A stretch of 54,394 bases of DNA, filler included, from Jimgerdemannia flammicorona (Eukaryota): the NCBI GenBank assembly GCA_003990765.1. It is 3 parts of 3 records of this genome, joined end to end, with 100 filler letters (N's around TTAATTAATTAA, not from the genome) between each part and the next. Parts side by side here need not be neighbours in the genome. Positions count along the whole stretch, not along the records: positions 1 to 18,073 come from RBNJ01002314.1; 2 more parts are not named here. One strand, written 5' to 3'. Below are positions 1 to 12,414 of the stretch, in pieces. Every line of letters begins with the position of its first letter. The stretch's first letter is position 1. The notes under the pieces were generated by a model. The model was not told the origin of the DNA. It saw nothing but the letters and a program-made list of their open reading frames with translations, and did not search any database. The position numbers were made by a program, and so were the translations under genes.

Positions 1-487
1 AAAAAGGAAAGACTACGCCTGATTTAGACACGCCTTAGACAAACAACGGCGTTGAAACATTTTGGGCGCTATACGCCCAAGACCTTCCTGCATTCATTGA
101 CCTGTGGTCTCGAGCGAGCCCCCTCATGGATCCGCTATCTTCGTCGGGTCCAGCAACATTCACCATATACTGGTTATTCCGCATCTCGTTTCAAAGTAAT
201 TGTCGGTATACTACTATTCGCCGTGTTTTGCCGATACCGTTTATTGTTTCGTTTTGAAATCGCCCACACCCACACATTCTCCGCTGGCGTTTCTCCGTTG
301 TCTTGGCGTCCCGCCCTTTACCCCCAATATTCTGTACAGCCTCAGTCTAATATTTATTAACGTTGACCTCTTTTCGTAGGTTTACCACTGCAATCCCTTC
401 GCACACTTACCACACCAACGCCGTAATCAAGGTGACGCTCTCGGCTTGCCTCCAATTTGTAAAAGTATATTATATACTGAACACCTC

Positions 488-522
<35 letters not shown>

Positions 523-541
523 TTCTTGCTAGCAGGAAACA

Positions 542-3500
542 ATGGCCAAATCACCCACCATTTGGTATCGGCTCAATATTCCGGATCGTGAGCCCGACTG
601 CATAAGTGTGCCTATTCCAAATGTCACTACGCTACGCCAAGAGCTTCAATCTAGGAATTCCACTGATATCACATGTAGTGCTAGTGCGTTGCGCCTTGAA
701 ATTGTAGTCCCAGATATCAAAACTATTATTAAGCTGGACGAACGTCAGCTCAAGGATTGCAACGGTAGTTTTAAGGCTCTGATCGACAAATATAAGATTG
801 ATGATGAAAATCCGATTATTGTACAAGTACCTGGTAAGTTGTAGGTTTGCTTGAAGGGTTGGTTTTATCTAAAAAAATCTAATGAATTGAAATCAATTGA
901 GATGTTGAATATTTTTTATTGCTCTCAAATATTCCTCTGAGGTTTCTATGCCTTATGTGATCTGGTGATTAGTGGAGTGTTGTAAATGCACCTTAATGCC
1001 TTTCATCCTCACCGTCATTTCGTTTCTGACCACCCTTATTACATTCTTCATGACTATCAGTCTATCTCCATTGTAAGGATTTCATTGCCCTTTCATTTTG
1101 CTATTATCGGCGCTCTTTCGGATTGAATGTTGTGCGAGCTGCATCAAGAGATATGCCCAAATTTGTTAAAGGATGTTTTTAAGCTGGTCCTATTAAGCAT
1201 TTTTTTAACAGCCCGCTGCTCTTTCTTTACATATATTATTTTCCACTCGCATTACCTATCACCGGGCGACTCAACGTTACAAAAGGTACCGATTTATTTT
1301 GATATTTTTATTGCTCGTTAAATCGTGTCTTTGGCATTCACGATTCGTTTTCGATCTTAATATCATCCGGCAGGCATATATCAACCTTACTCATTCGTTT
1401 CCATCCATCAATCCATTCCCTTGTCCCTACTCATATTCCATATCCCCTACTCAAGGTATGACTTCTTGCTACGAAGTTATCACATACATCTTGATTCGTT
1501 TCTATATTAAAGCTTTACTCGTTCTTTTATTTCTTTTGCCTCGTTCGTGAATTGCCCATTGTCACCATCAGCAGCTCAAGGTATGTATTTCGTTGTTCCT
1601 TCTTTTGCAATTCTCCTTGGTTTCCATGCATACTTTGACATCGACGGACTCATCGAATTTAACCAATCTCTTACTGTTTCATTTCTTTCCCGTTCCACGC
1701 TCGCACAAATGATACACTTCTTCCTCGACATTTCATTTTTTAATCGTTCACTCTTGCTCCTTTCTAACTTTTGCCTCGCTCTCCATTACCAACTAAGGTA
1801 CGCATTTGCATATATCTACTTTCTATTTATTTCATCAAACATGCAAACCTCATTTTCTTAACGGTCCACTTCTATTTCGTTTTTTATTTGCGTTTCGCTC
1901 GTCTCTCCGTCCATCTACTCCGACTATTCCAGGTAATATATTTCCTTTTTGCTTAATTTTATATTTATTTCGAGAAAGACTACTTTTTGAACGGTCAGCG
2001 AACGGCCTACTGCTTATTATATTTATTTATTTATTTATTTTGACGCCGTTTCTCGAAAAAGGGAGAAACAGAAAAAAAAAGGAAAAAGAAAAAATCTTTA
2101 ATACTCAGCGCTACGGGGGAATCTAGCGTTGTATTGGGTTTTCGGGGATAAAAATCGTAGGAAATGAAAGGACGGCGTTCAATAATCATCCACTCATCCT
2201 ACTCCTTCCGTCCATAATCACTGTCCATAATCACTTCAGGCTTACCATCCGAATTGAAGAAGAAGCGGATTCCACCTAGTAAGTTCAATTTTATTTTATT
2301 TTACATTGTTGTCACCGAAATTTTGTTTCTTATTCGCATATTCATTTCTGACTTTCGCTCTTCTCTCAACTGTCCTCCGTGCCTCCATTTCGTAAACACT
2401 CTCGCCTAGCTTCGCGAGGTATGAATTACTTTATATTATTGTTTCCTTATTTTCAATCCTGGCTTTGTTGATTTCTCTATTTCCAATTGTTTTTTACGGC
2501 CACAACCGTGAGATTGACAAGAAAAAATTGAATAGAAGAAATTAATTTTCACCTCGTTTCGTTTCCCTCTTTCTTTATAGGCACCTTTCCGACTGATTTC
2601 CTTGACAAGATTATAGATATCTTGTTCAGAGATCCGGATATTACAGATCAACTCAAGAAGCTGTCACTTCCAGACGCAACCAGGCACGTCCACGGCCACC
2701 GACTGGTAAAGAACAATGTTATTCCCATTGGCCCCGACCACAAAGCCGATATGAGATTTTATCCCAAGAAACTCCGAGGTTAGTGTCGAAGATTGTCTGT
2801 CATACACAGTGGTGACCAATAAACTTCCGCTATGCTGATTTAATATGGAATTGATTCCTTTAACGGCATTGTGCAGGTCAACGTGCGCAAAGGGACTTTG
2901 ACAAACTGAAATGCATGATACATGACAAGGGTGCAACCAAAAAAATTGCGGCCCTCCTTGGTGTCTCTGGTGCGTGCTAGACCGAATCAATACGACCTGA
3001 CGTCTGAATTATATTCATCACCTTAACTCATCGACCCGAATGCCCCTTTTTATAGGCTGTGGAAAAACGGCAACCGTCTTCGAAATTGGCAGCGAAGACT
3101 TCATCACCTTCTTTGTAATCCCAAGCGATTTATCCGAAAATTTTCAAACCAGCTGCCGTGACATGAGGCAGATGCTCCTCCATATAGATAAAATTTTGTG
3201 TACACAGCAACACTCCATCGAAAACAATTTCTTGTCAAAGCGGATCGCCATCGACACCTTGAAGGAAATGTTACTCCTCGAGAAGAAAGTCCTCCGTTGC
3301 ATCGAGACTCTGCTCGTGGCTCGTCGCATTTCGTGGTCCCTCCTCTATCGACATTTTGACAACAAACTTACACCCACCGCGTGGCTGTACTGTCAAGAGA
3401 TAGAAAAATTTGGCCTCTTTTTTCAATATGTTTTCAACCGCATGATCGACTACGACTTGGACAACGGTGAACTCCTACGTTGTGACAGCGCGGTGCATAG

Positions 3501-5739
3501 TCATTTCCTAGAAGTAACAGAGGAACGCCAGCGGTTCGTCGTAGCGATTGACGAGTGCCACCGTTTGACTCGATATTACCGTAAGAGGTTTTTACCTCGT
3601 GTCCCTGATCTAGTGTTCAGCGATGGTACCCTAACCGAAAGCGGCCGCTATTTCGTAGAACTTAAGTGCGAACAGGACCCTTTTAATCCCTCGGTCATAA
3701 CGTCCCCTCCGCAATGCTTCACGACTTGGTCATATCGATCAGTTTTCCCTCTCGTGGTTCAAGGATTCACAAATACGGCTGCCGCGGCGTTGATGATACT
3801 TGGCACGAACCTGGAGTTAAGCAACTTGGTGGATTTGGAGTCCACGGTGGGCAAGTACAAAGAAGAAGTTGAAGTTATGGAAATGACGGAGTTCCACACC
3901 TTTACGTCGGACGATGTTATCTCCATCTCCGCGACTGCTTGAATCAACAAGGTGTGAAGTTGCCCGTCGTCAAAATAATCGCAAATGAGCTGGAAGGTAA
4001 ATACATATTTCTGCAATGGAGATAAAAATTTCTTTTCACCGGATCAACTTCCGCTAATCCGAATGCATGCAAATATAGGACGTGCACGTTTTACATTGGG
4101 ATTCCTGGAATATGTCGCCAACGTGATTATACCCGAAGAAAAACCGAAACTTGAGACCTTGAAGATGCTCAAGGACGCACACGTGAACAAAATTGTGAAC
4201 TCGCAGAGCAACATCGGATTGCAAAGACACATCGGCAGTATTATTACCAACCCCCAGAGTACGTATAGCACGGAATTGACAGAACTTGTTGATGTGATCA
4301 AATATTAGCACAGCCAACTGTAACATATGCTATTTATACCATCCAGACCCGGTTTCAATCCCCCAACGCCCCGGTATTTGCGTTGTGTCTGGAAAAATCT
4401 TATACGCTCTGAAGTTTTTACAAGACATTGTACGTATAGTAGCCTTCGTATCCTCCTATACATAATAATTGTGGACAATGTTAAATATAATGTTTGTTCA
4501 CTATTTTAGTTGATGGCGTCCATGTTCACGCGAGGTCAGATGCTGTTCCCGTCATCAGAGCCGATCAAGTTCGTTCGACACGGCCTTTGCCACCTGACAT
4601 GCAGTGAGACGCCATGGTTAGACGACGTGTATGAGAGTAACGAGCTAGACCAAAACACCGTCGATGTGGTATATCAGAATACCAAAAATTTGACACTTCA
4701 AGTAAGTCAAGAAACCCAAGAAAACCAAGAACCAGAACAACCCAAAGAAACCCAAGAAACCCAAGAAACCGAAGAAAATCATTATTCGGAACGGTCTCTC
4801 TCGCCGGGGTGTTCGGATGAGGATAACGAAGATAGGCTGTCCAACATTAGTCTATTCTTTGAGTCCGACGTTCCTGATCGCAAGAATCTTCGGTGCACGC
4901 TGGCGGAACCATTTGTTCGCCGCGCTCTGATGTTCTACTTCCAGCAATATTTGCATACGCATTCGATCTACATGGCGTACCTCACAGAAATCATGACCTC
5001 TCCGGCTCTGACGGCCGCTGCTCGTGGTAGTCTCCTTGAATGGACCATAATGACCAAAATCAAAGAAAATTGGATTGGCAAGTCTCTGCGAAATATTCTC
5101 GAGAAATCCCTCCAATTGCAAGATTGCAAACCGTTACCTTTGTGGCTAAACAATTCGCTAAAAGTCCAACCATTTGAAGAAATACACGACGAATCCACAG
5201 TATCAGCTGAAGATGACACACTCCCGACCTTCCTCTCCGGCCAACAAGACCAACGTCCTAACAGAGCCCTCCTTCCATCTGCGATGGCCGGTCCGGACGG
5301 GGTATGTGCCACCACTATGAAAGGTGTCTTCGTGATCTTCGCATCAGCGCTAAGCACAAAGCATAACATCAAAGGTGAGAAATGCAGCAAGAATATTAAG
5401 ACGACGGATGTGGAGATGTTCTACACGAAATCCGACGGGCAGCCTTATAAATTTCCGCAGAACAAAAAAGCACAATATCATTCCATGCGTGGCCGTAATG
5501 AAAGGATCCGGCAGTTACGGAGGGATGGCGTGCTCCAAGGGTTCCTGCGTATTCATTTCAACATACCGAAGGCGGCCGGGAATGTTCGACAATACGACGT
5601 GGTGAAAAAGGATGGCCGAACCGATCTTATCCTCAATGTCGACCTGCAATTTGCCCAGGCCATTCATCTGTTGGATGGCCCCATTGCCGACGTCCTAGAA
5701 ACCCTTTGTGTCAAAGATAACAAGGGGGATATTGAATGA
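542..5739 (+). pseudogene. Crinkler (CRN)-type gene: N-terminal ubiquitin-like header, P-loop NTPase and C-terminal restriction-endonuclease-like domain; one apparent 1-nt frameshift near 3918
   Basis: GT-AG exons with consistent phases: 542-833, 2240-2278, 2410-2418, 2581-2778, 2877-2969, 3056-3996, 4079-4258, 4347-4429, 4510-5739. Exon 1 ends in IIVQVP, equivalent to the CRN HVLVxxP motif. Walker A (GVSG/CGKT) is split by intron 2970-3055. Walker B-like FVVAIDE is present. LEGRARF is restored across intron 3997-4078, and AGPDGV lies in the last exon. Exon 3056-3996 is 941 nt, one short of frame. It could be a real gene with a sequencing error. Confidence 0.75.
4706..4778 (+). repeat. In-frame 9-nt CAAGAAACC-type tandem repeat (QET/QEN/QEP linker) in the CRN gene
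   Basis: Repeated caagaaacc/caagaaaac units translate as QETQENQEPEQPKETQETQETEE. Confidence 0.8.
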
Positions 5740-6030
5740 AGCAGGCATACGTTTCTTTGGTCCAGGATGTCAAGTTAATATTTGGATTTTTTTTTTAAAA
5801 TAAATAAAAAAAAAAAAAAAAACAAAATGTCTTGCACGCGAGGGTTTGCAGAGTGTGTAGAGTAAATGTATGGTGGATTATAAAATAAATGAAAGTACGG
5901 TGAAAAGGAGAAATTGAAAGTGTTAAGCAAAAACCAGAATACAGATGTGGGTTTGGGCTTTTCAAGGCCCGCCATTCGCGTACATATGCGAAGGGGCCAA
6001 CACCGCGGGCCTGGGAAGTGGGCGAGGCTC

Positions 6031-7063
6031 CTAAACGTAGTTTTGGTGCCGCTGACCACTTGTGGGCACCTTTAGACCACCACCGACCAAACCCACGGCC
6101 CGCCGAAAATCGGGTAGGGGCAGGGTTGCCAGAGTTGCCGCCGTCTGAGGCAAAATGCAGTCAAGCTGCCAAATGTAACGCAGGAAAGCCGTGGACTTCC
6201 AACGACCAGCGAGTTGAATAACATGGTCCGGGTAACCTGCAGATGCAAGAAGGGTGGCGCCACCGATGCGAAAGGAGTGGCCATAAATGCCAGTAGCCAA
6301 AGAAGTACCAGCTGACAGACCCTGAATAGTGTCGATGAACGTCGAGCGACACAAAGGCTGGGAGGGACCAATGCAGAAAACCGGGTTATCCAGATCAGAG
6401 GGGCAGATACAAACCATGTTATCGATCACTGAACAGGGACAATCAAAGGCACCAGAATAGCCCAAAAACACGTCGCCAGAGATGCCAGTTTTGGTCCGAG
6501 GTAGATGTAGAGACCAAAATGGCCGAGAGAGTGTAGAGTCCCAGTGCCACTGAAGATGGCACTGGCAAGCCAGCCAGGGTGAAAGGGGTGAAGCACTGTC
6601 AGGAGATGTCAATTCACCGATCCGCATGAGGCCATAGAATGCTGTGCATGTGGCTGCCCAAATCATAGCACCAAATGGTGTTTAGAGGGGAAGAGCAGCG
6701 CGGATAGATTGTAGATGTTGACGAGTGACCGGGTAGTGCTCAAGAGAGTGAAAGGGTGTGGGGGGGGTGGCTCTGAATCAATTTCAAAACCAGGTCGAAC
6801 GAGGGTAAAGATGCGCGAAGGAGAGGATGGCCCCACCAGTGGGCTAATTGATAAGTGGCAATGTCATGGAAGTAGTTCTTGACAGTGGCATATGGTTTCC
6901 GATCATTGGCCAGCCATAAGGCCCAGTAACTGAGAAGGTCGTCATGAAGAGGAAATACGTCAGCATTGGTGATGCCACAGATCCTTAGAAAATGGTAGAA
7001 GGAGTTGGTGCCGGGTTGGAGCTTGCCAGTCCAGGTGTGTGAGCACTGATAGAGGCAGGACAC
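6031..7063 (-). pseudogene. Tyrosine recombinase of the Ngaro/DIRS element
   Basis: Motifs AFYGLMRIGEL, RTKT, GHSFRIGGAT and GRWKSTAFLRYI match the R-K-HxxR-W-Y catalytic set. The N-terminal part (ORF 6740-7063, YATVKNY) is separated from the rest by a disruption. Confidence 0.85.
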
Positions 7064-8560
7064 AAATTGATGGCAAAGCCAAAGAGGGATGTAACTGATG
7101 AAGGGAGGGATTCCTGAGGGTGAGTGAGAAGATGAAGAAGATGGGAAAGGGAATCAGTGGGGTTAGAGGTAGAAGGAATATAATGAGCTTGGATGTTGAA
7201 ATCCATATTGAGACATAAGATGATAATATGATGTAAAAGGTCATTGTTGAGCCCAACCAGGTTAAAAACTAAACATAGGGTTGGCTATTGCACCATAAAA
7301 TAATATGTTGATACTGAAAGAAGGAAGCCCATAATGACAGTGAGACCCAAATGGCAAACATCTCCTTCCAGAAAATATCATAGCCATTCTACCCACAAAA
7401 TGATGGGGCCCACCAAATGCTCCACCAGTATTGGCCAAAGAGGCCACTGGTGCCAATGGTCCCAGACGCATCTGTATATAGATCACAGTTCAACCACTCA
7501 GAGTGGAAAAGCAGGCAATGACCTGTCCATGAGTATAAGATGTCCTGCCACCATTGAAGATTGGTAACTAGGCAGAAAGATATATAATGATGTCCCACAT
7601 AGAGCAGTTTCCAAGCAGATGTGAACCAAATGACAGAATCACAGAATACTTTCTCTTTGGGAAGAACTTGTACAATATGTATAAGATAGCCCAAGAGAGA
7701 TTGGGCTTTGTGGTAAGACTGGGAACAAGGGCAAGAATGGTGAGGATAATGTGATGATAAAAGCCAATTAGCTAGCAGAGAGAGAATACATGTATGTTTG
7801 TCAGTAGAGAGACTAATGGTCATGTTTCGTGTGTTAAGGAGGAAACCCACACACTCTATTATAGGTATAGGCAGAATGTCCTTGGCCTCCTTAAGAGGGA
7901 GACCAAACTGAGTGACAATAGTGTGAAACCTTACATAAGTGGAAAATGTGGTAGAGGGCAATATAACATAGATAAAATCATCCACAAAATGGCCCAAATT
8001 CAGAAGGTGATATTGGTGAATGCAGATCCACATGAACAAGTCCATAAGCAATGTAAATATGAATAATACAGAGTGAAGTCCAAATAGAAGACCATGTTAA
8101 GGAAAAAGAGACCAAGCTAGCAAATACCTTGCATGACCCAGTCAGACTGATGGACTGAAATAGTATGGAAGGCTTTGGTGACATCTGCCTTCCAAAAGAG
8201 CATAGTGGGGCCCAGCTGCAAAAGCAGCTGAATGACAAACTAGACACACTGATACTGAAATGAAAACTCCTCAGGATTAATGTCATTGTTGACTGAGGCC
8301 CCTTCAGGGAAGGATAGGTACTGAATTGTGCAAAATTTGGTAGAGTTTTTCTTTGGTACAATATCTAAAAGGGCATTGCAAAAGAGATGGAACTCAGACA
8401 GTAAGGCTGAGAGAGATGAAAAGAGGCCTAGATAATGGCCTGCTTGCTGTTCTGTGAGAATGTTCACAGTATGGATATCTTGATGACCAAATGCTGAAGC
8501 CAGATTATCAGAGATACATCAATGCAGAGCTCAGAATAGGAGTAGTTGCTATGAAGAATA
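7064..8560 (-). pseudogene. RT-RNase H (pol) of the Ngaro/DIRS element, interrupted by stops and frameshifts
   Basis: Fragments IVPKKNSTKF..I..LSFPEGASVN, HFVDDF, LQWW and LYTDASGTIG are typical of DIRS-type RT/RNase H. Confidence 0.8.
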
Positions 8561-10388
8561 GCTCTGGTGGAGGCTCATTAGGTGGTACTGAAGGGACTAG
8601 TCGGGATGAGAATAGAGAGCACCTATCTACTAGGCAAGATGGTAAGGGCTTGCAGGAGGATGAGATGCCAGTGGAGGGACAAGCTTAGCTATAGCAAGTA
8701 GTACATTCTATGCCTAGATGTGAGCCATAGCAGAAGGGACAAACGTGAGAGTGGTTGCAATTGCTGCCATAGCTGATACTGTTGTAGTCATGACAAATAG
8801 AGCTGGCAGCACCATCAGTGATGATAGTATCATCAGGTATGATGGAAAACATGAGTTGTGAAAGTAGGGTTTAGATGAAGGTAGTCAACATATGCTCCAC
8901 ACCCCATACTGAAAGTACAAGAAAGGACAAGATAAGGTTATCTTAGAGCCAACTATAGGAGAGGGGGCTATATAGATAGGCTGATATATAGGTTGATAGG
9001 TAAGTGGTGCAGATGTAGACTGGCTGGCAATTGTCTTGAACATATGCCAAACTGTATCTGGATTGCCAATATCAAGTTCTATGAAAGAAGTCTTCAACAT
9101 GTAGACCTGCTAGTCGAAATGCTGAAGAGCAGCCCAATCATAATGATCATTAATAGTCTTGATAATGAAGATAATATGCATGAGGAGCTGTATGGTATAA
9201 GCAGTATAAGAAGCAGCCCAGATGATACCTAGTGATAATAATATACTCCAAATATTGAATATAGCCTCCAGCCAAAGCAGCAAATCAAGATTGTGGTCCA
9301 GTGAGCAAGTATCTGGTTTCTTCTAATTACTTGAATAAGACAGAAGAGTGTTGCCCATCTACTTCACCAAAATTTGGTATTTCCTAGATTCAAGTGAAGT
9401 CAATAGCTCTAGTAGTATCCAATCTCAATATAAGACTATATCAAAAACAAATGGAGAGATAGACAACTCACTATTAAGAGAGATAGGTGACAAAGAAGAT
9501 TGTAAGGATGATGGAATTGGTAGTAGTAGAAGAGGGGGAATTGCTGATAGTGAGCCTGGTGCTGAGATGGAGAGAAGATGATGTTAGCACTAGTAGACAT
9601 TGGAGTTAAGACTGGTAGTCTGTTGAGATAAGTGGCAAGTATGGAAAGAAGTAGTTTGATCAGCATATCTATGGCTTAACCATTGGGAAGAGATATAAGA
9701 GCCTGCCTTAAGGGCTCTGGAACCAATGAGTCTAGGTGTGGTTGATTAGTATTAAGATATGTAACCAAGACCACCTTTTGACCCTCAATTGAAAGATCAT
9801 ATTCACAGCAAAGTGCAATCAGTTGGTCCTTGTACAGAGCATATAAGCCAGATAAGTTGAGAATTTTTGGATATAAGTAAGGGGCAATAGAAGCAGAGGA
9901 ACCAGAGAGTAGGCCTTGCAACTAATAAATAGGTGGTATAATGATAGATAATATGTATAAATCGATTGAAGATACAAAAATATCATAGAAATATCTGCTT
10001 AATGAAGAGTATGCTCAAAGGTAAAGTAATGAATACTGAAGGAAGGAAGCACATTATAGCTGCTGAAACTGGTATACTTGAAACTAGACTAAATTAGACT
10101 GAAAGAGGGGCTAAGAATATAAGTAAAACTGAGCTAGAGTGAATTACATAACTGCACTGCTGAAATAAATATTGCTAGAGTGATTTGCAAGACTGCATTA
10201 CTAAAATAAATATTGCATAGTTCATACCACTTTGCTGTAGTTTGAACTTTATTTATAACTCTATAAAATACTATTTATTTAATATTACTCTTCTCTCTTT
10301 ACTTTTTGCATTTCACTCTTTACTTTTTCCTTTTCACTATTTGCTTTTTTACTTTTCGCCTTTTGCTCTTCACTTTTCACTTTTCACT

Positions 10389-10473
10389 TTTTGCTATTTA
10401 CTTTTCACTTTTTTTTTTTTTTTTTTTTTTTTTTATTTTTTGTTTTTGTTTTTTTTTTTTTTTTTTTTTTTTT

Positions 10474-10570
<97 letters not shown>
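10389..10570. repeat. Poly(T) low-complexity tract
   Basis: More than 150 nt of near-pure T. Confidence 0.95.
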
Positions 10571-10929
10571 CAAAGAAGGAGATGGGGTTTTAATATGGTA
10601 CTTCTAATATAAACTATTAATTGCAGTTATGTTATTCTTCTGCATCTTGTCATAATAAAGTAATACAGTATTCTAACTGATTCTCAGATATTTTCAAAGC
10701 CTCAATTAATTAACTTTCTTTAGCCACCAAGGATGATATTTCTCCAGATAGTGTGAATAACTTCTACTGCTATAAGATTGATGGAGAATCAGACAACATT
10801 ACAAATTCCTTGTGGGAACACTTTCTTTATAAAATTTTGAACTTAGAGATTGGTAGAGAGATCAGAAATAGAGTTCAGACAAAGGCACTATCTTGAATAA
10901 ATATTATATATGAATAGAAATAGAATACT

Positions 10930-11197
10930 ATCTGGCTGGTAGCAGGAGTTGGGCCCTCAGAGTGGTTGTCATTGGTGCCTGGTAGAAGAGATTTTTGGAA
11001 AGAGTAATAGGTGGGTTGAGGTTGTTAATGATACAGTTATTTTTGACAGAGTGGGGGTAGAGGGGAGAGAGTGTGTTGGGATAGAGTAGGGTACAGTAGA
11101 GTAATTGGGGCTGCCAGTGTGGTATGAGAATTATATGTTTGTTATAGATTAGTTAATATAGAGGCCTAGTACTTGTAAAAAAAAAAAAAAAAAAAAA
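10930..11197 (+). mobile_element. 5'-truncated L1/Tx1-like LINE 3' fragment with poly(A) tail and TSD
   Basis: Ends in poly(A) at 11177-11197. Flanked by AGAAATAGAATACT at 10916-10929 and 11199-11212. Translates LSGW*QELG...LVEEIFGKS..WV, similar to the ORF2 C-terminus at ~17940-18070. A homologue lies on the minus strand at ~24370-24600. Confidence 0.8.
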
Positions 11198-12289
11198 CAG
11201 AAATAGAATACTTTAAAATATGATTCACCCTTATTGATATAATATTATAAATAAGAATAGACATAGAGAGAGGCAGAGATATTGAAGAGATAGAGTAAAG
11301 ATATTTATATAACTTAGACTCTGAGTAAACTAAGTTAATAGCTTTATAGATTCAAACTATTTGAGTAATAATATATCAATTATATTTTAGCAAAGACTAA
11401 TAAAATGAAATTTACAATAAATATCTATTTTATATAGTAATATTTATTATATTATATAAGTATAATAAATTTTTATATATCTATAAGTTACCAGAAATTT
11501 TAACAGAATTTTGGTAAAAATTTCTATAGATATTTCTATATAATTTTCAAATAACAGTTATAGATACAGAATATAGTATAACTATATAAAGATATATCCT
11601 GTATATTATATTTGATCATAGCCCCAAATCTGTATAAATACTCTCTATACTGAGTGTGTTATAATCTCAGCTGTCACTTTTCTAAATATAAAAATAAAGT
11701 AGTATTCTTATAAAAGAACTCTCAGATTCAACTTATTAATATTTTCAAGTCTGATCAACTTAGAATACAAGTATAGTACCTCTGCCATCTGGACAAGAAT
11801 CCAAAAGTAATACTTGGATTATATTAATAGAATAGATAATTGAAACTTAGTATATTTTCAAAAGAACTCAGAACTTAAAGCTGATAGTTATTATGATTAT
11901 CTGTAATATATTAATTCTATCAGTATTGTCATGTAGTGGTTGCTGAGTCCTTCAAATATGCCAGATTCTCTTCAAGGTGTATCTCTTAGACTAACTCAAG
12001 TTTGTTATAAGCAAGTTCTTATTAGAGTGCCTTCCCAAGGTCTTATAGTCTTCAAAATTCTTATCTTTAAACTGTCTTGTTATCTCTTAAATTGCTTGCA
12101 AGGAAGTGTGTATATTGCACTGAGAGGAACTGACTTTATTTCAAAGGAAATAAGAGGAGTATTTATACAAAATATAATTCAATGGTTGCTAAGATATAAA
12201 CCTAAATATAAATTCCAATAACTAAAACTACTAAGTTCCTGGGTCGGCACTGATGGTTGTACATGTTCAGGATGCTGGTATTATTTAGT

Positions 12290-12398
12290 GTCACATCAAA
12301 ATGCCAGTGCTGGAACAACTTCACGTCACCTCAGAATACCAGTACTGGCATTATCCAGTGTTACATGAGAATACCAGTGCTGGCATTACCTAGTATAA
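12290..12398. repeat. Degenerate ~30-bp tandem repeat with palindromic core CCAGT(G/A)CTGG
   Basis: About three units of the form gaataccagtgctggcattatccagtgttacat. Confidence 0.55.
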
Positions 12399-12414
12399 CA
12401 AAGAACTTAGAGCA

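Larger units (their letters stand above)
5825..10270 (-). mobile_element. Tyrosine-recombinase retrotransposon (DIRS order, Ngaro-like), degenerate
   Basis: The minus-strand order is gag with a Cys/His cluster (~8710-8800, ICHDYN..C..SHVCPFCYGSH...EC), RT (HFVDDF), RNase H (LYTDASG), then tyrosine recombinase. Both ends resemble the split-repeat remnant at 47900-48840. Boundaries are approximate. Confidence 0.85.

Noticed and set aside
10242..10612. Poly-Phe ORFs (similar poly-Lys/Phe ORFs at 357-605, 36913-37119, 45938-46123)
   Set aside because: Translations of homopolymer tracts, not genes.
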